Positions 11,238 through 20,351 of a stretch of 64,000 nt of DNA are shown piece after piece (position 1 is the first letter of the stretch; each line of letters begins with the position of its first letter). The notes beneath the pieces are model-generated. The model had not been told where the DNA came from and ran no database searches. It saw nothing but the letters and a program-made list of their open reading frames with translations. The translations under genes were made by a program, and so were the position numbers. The stretch is taken from contig CAWAUV010000005.1 in assembly GCA_963785305.1 (NCBI GenBank), positions 576,001-640,000 of the forward strand, given 5' to 3'. The DNA comes from an uncultured Planctomycetaceae bacterium (GTDB lineage: Bacteria; Planctomycetota; Planctomycetia; Pirellulales; PALSA-1355).

Positions 11238-11749
11238 CGCCGACCTCCGGGCTGCTGGGATTGTCCCTTGAGGTCGTCGATCAGCGCGCTGGCTTCGGTG
11301 ATGGCGAGCTCGTCGGCTTGGGCGACGCCGTAACGGGATCGCAGGAGATCGCCAAGTTCGATGCCTTGCCGATCGGCGATGGCGAACAAGGCGCGCACTT
11401 GGCTCGCCGTGGCCCGCCTCGTGCCGTCGCGGCGCTGGCCGCTGCCATGACCGTTGCTTTGACCGCTGCCATGACCATTGCTATGACCGCTGCCGTTCGA
11501 CGAAGCCGCCGCCGCGTGGCCATTAGCGGCGTGGCCGCTCGTGTTTTGGCTGCTCGCGTATTGGCCGTTCAATTCTTCTTCAACGGATGCTTTGGCCAGT
11601 CCGAACAAGAATCGAATGCGTTCGCGCAGCCGGTCCGGTTCGGAAGCGAGGCCCGCGTCGCATTCGAGTTCGAGGTTCACCGAGGCCCCGCGGCTTCCGT
11701 AGTTCGCTTCGCCCGACTTGCGGTTGAAGCCGATGTTGAGTTTGAGCAT
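11234..11749 (-). CDS. Hypothetical protein
   Basis: 171-aa ORF with RBS, overlapping the nuclease start (ATGA); ATASQVRAL...EASALIDDLK C-terminal motif. Confidence 0.7.
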   Translation of the reverse strand: MLKLNIGFNRKSGEANYGSRGASVNLELECDAGLASEPDRLRERIRFLFGLAKASVEEELNGQYASSQNTSGHAANGHAAAASSNGSGHSNGHGSGQSNGHGSGQRRDGTRRATASQVRALFAIADRQGIELGDLLRSRYGVAQADELAITEASALIDDLKGQSQQPGGRR

Positions 11750-11841
11750 TGATATTCCTTTCCAAGTTCGAATCCGCTGGTCGCACGGCTCGCGCCGCCG
11801 CGGCTCGCAACAACGACTTGCATCGTTATTTCGACAGGCGG

Positions 11842-13366
11842 TTAGCTCGCCATCTTCTGTAGCGACTTGAGCGACTCCAGCGTGTTCTTGAAGACCTTGT
11901 TTTGGCGATTCTGGTGCTTGAACTCGCGGGCCAGTTCATTGGCGAGTTTTGCGGCCGCGTGCAACGTGTCGCGGAGCGCGATCGCCTGCACGAAAGGCGT
12001 CTTGGCCGTGGCGGCCGGCGCCGAACGCTGGCGAGACTTTCGGCTGGCCGCCGGATCGTCTGTCATCGTGTTTTGCATGTTCGTGCTTTCCGGGATTGAG
12101 CTTTGCGCGATTGGGCTTCGTGTGATTGAGCCTTCCGCGATCGCGCTTCGCGTGGCCGGCGCACCGGCCATTGAAGACTCAGTCGGGGCGTTTGTATTCC
12201 GAGGCATGGTTTTCTCCCGGGCTCGAGGACGGTGAACTGAAACCCCGGCGCTCGCGGCGGGCGACTCGATGCGCACGGGATCGATCGCCTCGCCCGCCGT
12301 TTTCTCCGCTTCGAGCCCCATCCAAAGATAGGTGCGGCGATCATCGTGGCACTGAATCGCGGCGCCTGGGCCGAAGCACGCGAACTGGTCGAAGCCCAGC
12401 CGCAGTGCCCGCGCTAGATAGCTGCGGTTCATGTGGACCGAGGCCGGATCGCCGCTGGTGGAACTGTTCGTAAGCGTCAGTTCCAGCGGCCGGGGCTGCT
12501 CGTCGCCGCTGGCCCGAAGCGCGACGTGGCCATTTAGGCCCAGCGTGATCGGCCGATCCGGAGCGTTTCGGCCCGGCAGATCGTCGAGCCGCGGCAACAA
12601 GAATTCGGCGTCGGACTTGGCCAGCGTCCAGCGGCTGAGCGCCGTGGCCTGGGGCCGGACGATGCTGTCGACCTGGGGGAAACGGCCTTCTTTGTTGATC
12701 GGCAGCCAGACGGTCCATGTATCGCCGCCGACCGTCACATGCTGGTCGGTGGCCCCGATCGCGATCGGTCCATCGTCGCTGAACTCCGGCGCGAAACACC
12801 GGACTGCCCGGGATCAGCAAGTCTCCCGTCCAGGGAAACTCGCAGTCTCGCTGAACGAGCAGTTGCCGGCCATCGGAGGCCGCGATGCTGCCCGACCCGC
12901 CGCGAAGCGCGAGACAACTCAAGGCATAACGGCCGGCATGCGGATCGGTCGTGTCGGTGGCATCGCCGAGCGCGCGCAGCAGGCCGGCGTCGGTGCTCCA
13001 AACTTCGACGGGCCGTGCGGGATGGCTCGGCAGTTCCTTGGCAGGCCGCCGACAAAACGCCTGCTGGGGAATGCCGCGATGCCGCCACTGAAACGTGACG
13101 CTCTCGGCGCCGGGCGCGAAGCTCACCAGCTCCGGCGACTTGGCCTCGCACGCGGCGAGCTGCTCCAGAAGCACATGAAACTCCGCCGGCTCGAACCGGC
13201 CCCGCAGGCGGTGTTCGAGCGCGGCGTCGCCTCGGGCCGCGCGGAGAACAAGCACCTCCGGCGCGGCGACGACCGAGAGCCAGACGCTCTCATCGCGAGC
13301 CCGGCCGAACAGCCGCTTGGCCATGGCGCGAAACGATTTGAGAACGGATTTTGGAATGGCGATCAT
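11842..13366 (-). CDS. Divergent sliding-clamp (DnaN-like) protein with low-complexity tail; frameshift near 12790
   Basis: RYALSCLAL...IAASDGRQL, EGRFPQVDSIV, MNRSYLARAL resemble beta-clamp motifs. Confidence 0.55.
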
Positions 13367-13483
13367 GCAATGCTCCTTGAAAACGCAAAAGCCGCGGCGG
13401 GCCGAGAAAGATCCTCGGCCGCCACGGCGGAATACGAGCAAGAAACCCCGGCGGCGTCTCGGCGCGGCGTCAGGCGGCGGTTT

Positions 13484-13678
13484 TCAGGCGGCGGCTTTCA
13501 GGCGTTTCGGCGTGCGCTGGACTCGGCGGGGAAGTTCGACCGGATAGATCGTGTCCCAGTCGATGATGAGCGGTTCCAGTTCGGGCGGCTCGACGAGTTG
13601 GAAACCGCGACTGCGGATCGTGCCCAGTGTTTCGCCGGTGACGCTGGAAAGTTCACGTTCGAGTTCGGCTTGGGTCAT
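13484..13678 (-). CDS. Small hypothetical protein
   Basis: 64 aa MTQAELERELSSVTGETLGTIRSRGF, co-oriented with neighbours. Confidence 0.65.
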   Translation of the reverse strand: MTQAELERELSSVTGETLGTIRSRGFQLVEPPELEPLIIDWDTIYPVELPRRVQRTPKRLKAAA

Positions 13679-13794
13679 GGGAAAATGCCTTTCTGTTTGG
13701 ACAAAACACAGCCGCGCGCGAGCGCGGCCTGGGAAGGAAGAACAGAACCATCACAAAAAAACGCCGCTCGAGAGTCGAGGCGACGATTCGGACT

Positions 13795-14058
13795 TCAGGA
13801 ACGGCCCTTGGCAGGCCAGCTTGCTTCGTGCCAGTTCGCTTCGAGCCAAGCGGCTTCGGCGGCGAGCGCCAAGCCGCGGGACGGGAAGGGGCCCAAAACC
13901 GGTCCCGCGACCGGCGAGAGATCGGCCCGCCACTGGCCATCGGTCGTGGGCTCGACATGGCTGGCGCGGCGAATGGCGAGAGCGCCGAGTCGCCCGAGGT
14001 CGATCGCTTCGCCGTAGACACAGCGAATTTCGCCCGCTGGAGAAATTATCAATTGCAT
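13795..14058 (-). CDS. Small hypothetical protein
   Basis: 87 aa, IRRASHVEP...WRADLSPVAGPVLGPF; starts 4 bp after the upstream gene. Confidence 0.7.
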   Translation of the reverse strand: MQLIISPAGEIRCVYGEAIDLGRLGALAIRRASHVEPTTDGQWRADLSPVAGPVLGPFPSRGLALAAEAAWLEANWHEASWPAKGRS

Positions 14059-14062
14059 TGCG

Positions 14063-15092
14063 TCAGCCCTCGCTCTCGGCGACGGGACGCGTGGCCTCGC
14101 GATTCGTAGCGATGGGGCTTGCGGCCTCGGGGCTTGCGGCCTCGGAATTTACCGCCCCGCGTAAAATTCGTCGTCGCGGGCGATCAACGAGCATTCCGGC
14201 GAGGGCGGCCTCGACGCCGGCAAGCTGCGTGGCCACGTGTTGCCTGAGGCTCGCGCTCTTGCGCAGTTCCCACGGCTCGACGCCGCGGAGGGTTCGTTGG
14301 GCCTGGGCCACCAGCGAGTCGAGCTGCTCGTTGGACCGCACGTTCAAATGCCGGAACCGCTCGAAGAACTCGCTCAGATTCTCGACGGCCGAATTACGAA
14401 ACACTTTCGGCTTGCCGTCTTCCTGGCCGCTCAAGCGCTCGGTCAGATGCGCGACCAGCTTGGCCAGTTCGTCGGTGAAGGCGTGTTCGGCCAACCGCAC
14501 GGCCTCTTCGAAGCGGGCCCGCACGCGCTGGCATTCCTGCTGGTAGAGCTCGGGGCTGAGTTGCCGCAGGTAATCGGGCGGCTCGACCGATGGAAAATCC
14601 CAGGCCAGCGCGAACAGGCCGTCCAGCGTCGCGGGGTAATCCGCCGGGTTGAACAAGCTGCCCAGCCGCTCCCGGGCCGCCGATCGCAGTTCGGCGTAAT
14701 GCTCCTCCAGCCGTCCGACCGCTTCGGCCAGTTCCGCCTGGAGCGAGGTCATTTGCACATCGAACGCCGCGATGTCGTCTTGGCGAATCAAACGAATGCC
14801 GGGCTCGGGATAGGGTAGCGCGATGCCTTTCCAGAAGCTAAGCACGCGACCCCGGATGGTTGTCAGCGCTTTGAACGCCGGATGCGAAGTATCCAGCAGT
14901 TTCTTGCCGGCCGAGAGGAACTGGCCTTCGGCGCCGAACGCGTCGGCGGCTTGGGCGCGCTGCGCGGGCGTGAGCGTCTTGCGCGTGCCAAGCCACGTAA
15001 ACGCGACCCGCGCGGCGGCCATCGAGGCGCAGGCGAGCGGCCGAAGGATCGACCGTCTCGGACGTGGGGGATTCATCGAGTAATGTGCTCAT
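14063..15092 (-). CDS. DUF3150-like protein (frameshift near 15030)
   Basis: LSAGKKLLDT, LPYPEPGIRLI, LGSLFNPADYP, KPKVFRNSAVENL; helical MGE-type protein. Confidence 0.55.
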
Positions 15093-15192
15093 GAGAACCA
15101 TCTCCAGGCTTTGTCTTGAAGGAAAGATATTTTCAGGGACCCCGCGATAGCGGATTCGGCAAGGTCCTACGACGATTTGACTTTGACTTTTC

Positions 15193-15894
15193 TTGAGAGA
15201 AACTAGAGGGAACATTTCAAGATGGCCGAGAACACGCAGCATGCTTCGCGATCTGGCTGACAAATGGGCGACGATCCATATCCCGGATCCCGTGGTCCGA
15301 AAGGACTTCCTGCGGAGTTTCGATGCAGCCGTTCGCAAGAAGATCGATTTCTACTTGCTGATCGGCTCGAAGCTGATGCGTCAGCCCACGGCGCGCCTGG
15401 TGCATTGCTTCGCGAACGAATTGTTCATCTTTTCGCTCAGTCGCGGCCAAGCGATAAGTTTCGGGGTGAAGCCGGCCTGGATGAGTTGCACCGAGGGCAA
15501 CCCATGCCAGCTCCCCGATCCTGGCGGCCCGACGTTGCTGACCCTTTACAATGTACGGCTCGCGGGCGGAACAACTCTCCAGGGATGCGATCCGGTCGTC
15601 GGTTCTTGCCAGTATTCCGCCAGTGGGAACGTATCCCTTCCGTATGCTCTTGAAATGGAATATGCGATTCACGGGAAAGCCCGCGTGAAATGCTGGTTTT
15701 ACCCAACTTGTCGGCTTCAAGCGGAAGGGGGTTTTTCATTCAGCTTCGCTCCGATCAAGCGTCCCGACCAGGACTACCCTTGGCGGGGCGCCACGACATT
15801 GTTCTTCAGGGTATTTCACGTGCCGAACTCCAGGACGGACGAAGGCCGCCAGCCGGTCAGCAACGCCTGCGCGGCCCTTGTCGATGTCGTGTGA
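15193..15894 (+). CDS. Hypothetical protein, opposite orientation to its neighbours
   Basis: 233-aa ORF with globular composition; start uncertain. Confidence 0.55.
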   Translation: MRETRGNISRWPRTRSMLRDLADKWATIHIPDPVVRKDFLRSFDAAVRKKIDFYLLIGSKLMRQPTARLVHCFANELFIFSLSRGQAISFGVKPAWMSCTEGNPCQLPDPGGPTLLTLYNVRLAGGTTLQGCDPVVGSCQYSASGNVSLPYALEMEYAIHGKARVKCWFYPTCRLQAEGGFSFSFAPIKRPDQDYPWRGATTLFFRVFHVPNSRTDEGRQPVSNACAALVDVV

Positions 15895-16047
15895 TCGGCA
15901 AGGGAACGGTAAATGCAAACGGGGCGATCCCAGTGTCGGGCGCCTAACATCCGCCGAGGAGTGATGACGCGGGCGGCGACGTCATTGAGCGACCGGGCTT
16001 CGCCTGATCTCAATCGCCGTGGGCATTTTCTGGAACAACAATAAAAA

Positions 16048-16695
16048 TCATCCGGCCCGGCGGGCTTGGTCGGATGGCGCCAGTTCGCCTTGCAGCGTCC
16101 GCCAGGAGCGGCGCAGTTCGTGTCGCAACTGCGAAATTCTCGCGGGCGAGACGCCGAAACGTCGGGCCGCTTCCGCCGTGGTTTCGCCGGCGGCCAGCGC
16201 CTTCGCGATGCGGCGATCGCGAGTCGGCAGCGACCGGAACCACTCGGCCAGATCGAGCCGGGTGGCGGCCGTGTCGGCCGGCGTGGCGCGACGGTCCGCG
16301 ACGATGGCCTCCCTCCACGCCGCCGCCGCCGAGTCGTAACGATCGAGCCGCTCGATACGCACCCGCCGATTCGCGGGCGACATCAAATCGCGTTGGTTGA
16401 GTTTGTTGCCCACGCGGCGGCCATCGCGCACGTGCCGGATCGCATAATGAGCCAGTGGCGTGGCGAACGCCGAGTCGACCTTGCCGCGTTCCACCAACCG
16501 CGCGAACGCGCTATAGGCGTTCGCGATGACTTCCTGCACCAACTCCTCGCGGGCTTCAATCGTCCGATTTCGGAAAGCGACCCGCGCCTGGAGCCTGATC
16601 CGCGGCAGCATGGCCAGGAACGCGTCATGGATGGCGGTGGAAGCGCTGCTGGCGGGCTTATCTTGAACCGGCCGGGGATGAATAAACGCGATCAT
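16048..16695 (-). CDS. Sigma70/ECF-like helix-turn-helix protein
   Basis: REELVQEVIANAY (region 2-like) and GETTAEAARRFGVSPARISQLR (region 4-like HTH). Confidence 0.7.
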   Translation of the reverse strand: MIAFIHPRPVQDKPASSASTAIHDAFLAMLPRIRLQARVAFRNRTIEAREELVQEVIANAYSAFARLVERGKVDSAFATPLAHYAIRHVRDGRRVGNKLNQRDLMSPANRRVRIERLDRYDSAAAAWREAIVADRRATPADTAATRLDLAEWFRSLPTRDRRIAKALAAGETTAEAARRFGVSPARISQLRHELRRSWRTLQGELAPSDQARRAG

Positions 16696-16835
16696 GGAAC
16701 GATCTCCCGTAAAAGAGACCGCCCCGGCGCGGGGCGGTCGTTTGGAAAAACAACCGCTCCGCACGCGCGAAGCAACAGATCAAGTTAAGGGCGCGAAACG
16801 CTTCAGTCTCACGGCGCAAACCTCCGCGAGCCGTT

Positions 16836-17407
16836 TCACTCGGCGTCGGGCATCTCGGGCGAATCGAGCGCCGGCCGGTCGATTCCGATCCGCGGCCGAG
16901 ACGAGAGCATCGGCTTCTCGGCGAGCAGTTCGGCGACCAGCAATTCTTCGAGCGATTCCGATGGCTCGCTCGCGCCGAGATCTGCGCCAGGTAGAGGCAA
17001 AGCGCGAACAACAGCGCCAAGGGCAGGAGCCAAGCGGACGCCGTGATGGCGGCGGCGATGGTCGGCGCTCGATCTCGCGCGGCGGCCAAGTCGCGCCGTT
17101 CCTCGGCCAACGCCACTCGCTGCCGGTCGAGACTGGCCCGTTCGCTCTGAAGCGATGTTTCGAGGTCCTTTTGGGCGGCGATCAGTTCCGCGCGGGCGGC
17201 GGCGTCTTGGCGCACCAGATCGTGCGTCGCTTCGGCGACTTGCTCGCTCTGCCGGACGATTTGTCGATTCTGCTCGGCCTGCCGATTCGCGCTTTCTTGT
17301 GAAAGCGAGACAAGTCTTTCATCGTCGCTACAGCCGGTCAGCGGCGCCGCCATCATCGCGAGGGCGATCAGCATGATGGGATTCAACGGATTCTTGGTTT
17401 TGCGCAT
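16836..17407 (-). CDS. Putative lipoprotein with coiled coil and TM helix (frameshifted near 16990)
   Basis: Lipobox-like LTGC, coiled-coil stretch, hydrophobic helix, continuing in ORF 16836-17033. Confidence 0.55.
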
Positions 17408-17552
17408 GCGAGGTTCTCCAGCGGGCGAGAAGTTTGGCCAGCAGCCGCTGCAAGGCCCGTCGCAACCGGGCCTCGCGGATCAGGGCCAGCAGAATGAACA
17501 ACAGCGCGACCGCCAGCGCGGCCACGAGGATGGTTTGAGGGCTCAATAGCAT
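17328..17552 (-). CDS. Small membrane protein
   Basis: N-terminal TM helix followed by REARLRRALQRLL; stop position uncertain. Confidence 0.5.
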   Translation of the reverse strand: MLLSPQTILVAALAVALLFILLALIREARLRRALQRLLAKLLARWRTSHAQNQESVESHHADRPRDDGGAADRL

Positions 17553-17638
17553 GGTTCCCTTCGCGTTTTTGGAACGGACGAAGTTGTTGATCGGCGAGTT
17601 CGCGCCGAGTTTCGTGCCCCAGTCGTTCCGTGGTTCCG

Positions 17639-19119
17639 TCAGTTGTTGGACGGATCGCGGCGCACGGAGCGGGCGTTCTTGGGGTTCGCCGGTCGGCTGA
17701 AGATGCCTGGCCGGTCGGCGGCCAAGCAGCGTCCGGTCGCCCAGTCCCGGAGCCGCTCCACGGCCTCGCTAGCGGTCCGGGAGACCGGGACCACGTTCCG
17801 AGCCGCCTCGACGAGCGACACGCCCAAGAGCGCCGCTAAACGGCAGCAGGAACGCACCTCGGCCCCGGTCCAACCTTCGTCGGCGGGCCGCGGCTGCTGG
17901 AGGGGTAAGCCAAAGCGGGCGAGGTACATCTCCCAGATCGCTTGCCGCTCTTCGCTCCCCGGCAGGTCCAAGAAGAAGATTCCATCCAGTCGCTCGGCGC
18001 GGGTCAGTTCCGGCGGCAACCGGCTGATGTCGTTGGCCGTGGCCACGACGAACACATCGCTCTCGTGATCCGCCATCCAGGACAGGAGCGTGCCGAAGAG
18101 CCGCGTCGAGACGCCGCTATCGCCCTGGCCGCCGACGCCCGCGAGCGCTTTTTCGAGTTCGTCGACAAAGAGAATCGCCGGGCTCATCGCGTCGACGATC
18201 CGCAAGGCTTGGCGAATGTTTTGCTCGGTCGCGCCGACCAGCGAACCGTAGAGCGCGCCGACGTCGAGCGTGAGCGTCGGGCGGCTCGCTTCGTTGCCGA
18301 GCGCCTTGGCGAACGCGCTCTTGCCGGCGCCGGGCGCCCCAAGAGCAGCACCCCGCGCGGCTTCACCGGCCTGTCGCCGACGAGCGCCCGCCGACAGAAG
18401 TCTTTCAGGTTCTGAAGGCCGCCCAGATCGCTGAAGCGTTCATTGCCTTCGTGCAGCGTGAGCAGGCCGCTCTTTTTCAGGGCTTGGCTCTTGAGTTCCC
18501 AAATCGTCTCGGGACGGATGATGTTGTGCCGCGTGATCGAGAGCGCGAACGCGCCTTCGGCCTCGTAACGCGTCAGCCCGGCCGCCGCGTCCAGCATGCG
18601 CTCGAGATCGCGACCCGCCGGCAAGTCGGCGGGATTTTCGGCGGCCAGTTCCCGGGCGATCCATTCCAGTTGGTCACGATCCGGCAGCGCGTGCTCCAGG
18701 ACCACGAACAGTTTTTCGAGTTCGAGCGGAACCCGCACGGTCGGCGCGAGCACGACGATAAACGTGCGCCGCTGCTTGCCGGCGATCAGCTCCATGAACG
18801 TGGTCTGCACGATCTCGGGATTGTTGAGAAACCGATGAAAATTGTGGAGCAGCAGGAGCGACGTTCCGGTGGGCTGCGCGAGGCTCGGCAGCGCCCGCAG
18901 CGCCGCCAGCGGGTCGCCGCCCGACGCTTCTCGCGGCGGAGCAGCGCCGGCGTCCAAAACCGTCAGGCCCCGGGCCATGTCCCAAACGGCGATGTTCCAG
19001 CCTTGGGAGCGGCCATGCTCCAGGATTTCACGCTCGGCTTCGTCGGGTTCTTGGGTCTGAATCCAGAGTCCGGTGAAGGCGGCGTGGATATAGTCGCTTA
19101 ATTGCGCGGCGAGTCGCAT
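17639..19119 (-). CDS. AAA+ ATPase, Ycf46-like (frameshifted at the Walker A region)
   Basis: DLGGLQNLK, PRGVLLLG, GAGKS after the shift, LFVDELEK, VATAND, PPELTRAERLD, WTGAEV. Confidence 0.88.
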
Positions 19120-19157
19120 GAAAATGGCTCCTTGTGGAGAGGGGATTTGTTGTGAAT

Positions 19158-19207
19158 GGTTCGGCCCGGTTCGAGCTGGTTCCGGCTGGTTCCTGCTGGT
19201 TCGGGCC
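19158..19207. repeat. Five tandem 10-bp units starting GGTTC
   Basis: GGTTCGGCCC GGTTCGAGCT GGTTCCGGCT GGTTCCTGCT GGTTCGGGCC. Confidence 0.7.
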
Positions 19208-19280
19208 GGAAACGAAATGAGCCTCGCGCGCTGCAAATAGCGCCGAGGCTCTTGTGAGGAGGAGTTGTTCGCCGGAGCGG

Positions 19281-19481
19281 TTAATTGCTTGATTGTTGCT
19301 GCTGTTGTTGTTGGGACGGCGCTGTCGCGAAGTATTCGGCGGTGCGCGCGTCGGCCGTGACCACGCCGAGGGCGCGTTCCAGGAATTTGGACGCTTCCCG
19401 GCAACTCGCGCCTTCGTAGCCCTGGGTCCGGATCGTGGTTTCTCCCTGGGGCGAGACGGTGATTTCGAGGATCGGAGGCAT
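19281..19481 (-). CDS. DUF2997 family protein
   Basis: ITVSPQGETTIRTQGYEGASCREASKFLERALG. Confidence 0.8.
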   Translation of the reverse strand: MPPILEITVSPQGETTIRTQGYEGASCREASKFLERALGVVTADARTAEYFATAPSQQQQQQQSSN

Positions 19482-19586
19482 GGCAATCGTTCTCCCGTTG
19501 CTGGACGCTGTGTTCGAGCCACGTGATTTTTTTAAGTGGCTGTTTCGCCGGCGAGACATGAAAAGAGTTTGGCGATCGAGCGGCGC

Positions 19587-19952
19587 TCAGCCGGCCGTCT
19601 GGATGTTCAGCCGCACGCTGCCGTCGGCCAATAAGCGTTCGCTGACGGAGTGTCCTTGCCCACGCGCTTCGAGCTTGGTTTTTTCGACGGCGTAGGCTTG
19701 CAGAAACCGGTCGAATTGGCGGAGGTCGCCCCAATGGCCGCCGTAATTGTCGTAGCGCGCCGCGCCGCTGGTGGCGTCGATCACGGCCGGATATCGCCAG
19801 CCCGGCAACCGCACCGCCCAGCCGTGGGCTTCCTGGCCCGCGAACAGTTTGAAAATCCCCTGCTCGGGCGCGGCGAGTCCCAGACGTCGGCAGGCGGCGG
19901 CGATCGCGACCGGATCGCGGAGCTTCGTGGTGATCGAAACGACATGACTCAT
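19587..19952 (-). CDS. DUF1257 (Ycf35-like) family protein
   Basis: MSHVVSITTKLRD...AACRRLG, YDNYGGHWG, FLQAYAVEK, DGSVRL. Confidence 0.8.
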   Translation of the reverse strand: MSHVVSITTKLRDPVAIAAACRRLGLAAPEQGIFKLFAGQEAHGWAVRLPGWRYPAVIDATSGAARYDNYGGHWGDLRQFDRFLQAYAVEKTKLEARGQGHSVSERLLADGSVRLNIQTAG

Positions 19953-20351
19953 GACGGGTCTCCTGGGGATCGTGCTTGTAAAATCAGCGCCGAGATTGGC
20001 GCTGAATCGATATCGAACGTTGAAACGAAAACAGCCCCGCGCAATATCGCCGATGAGGGCCCCGCGCCGCGAGGCAAAAGAGAAGCCGATAGCTCGACTC
20101 CTCGCTACTTATTATGACGCGTTTTAGGCGAAAATTCAGCGAAAGAAACGTTCTCATCGCGCCACGGCGCCGATGGCCCCGTTACCGATCATGGATTGCC
20201 GATCCTCGCCGCTCGCGGCGGGAAATCCATGAATGCCGCCAAGGACCCGTGTCGGCATGCGAGATCGACGAGCTCAAAGGCGCCACGGCGCACGCATGCG
20301 CTGGCGGATCCCGGCGACGGGACAACCCGGAGAAGCCGCCGCCGTCAGGTG

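Noticed and set aside
11440..14145. Short tandem repeats near 11440-11495 and 14114-14145
   Set aside because: In-frame low-complexity coding repeats (GHGSGQSN, EAASP) in disordered linkers; no sign of a separate function.
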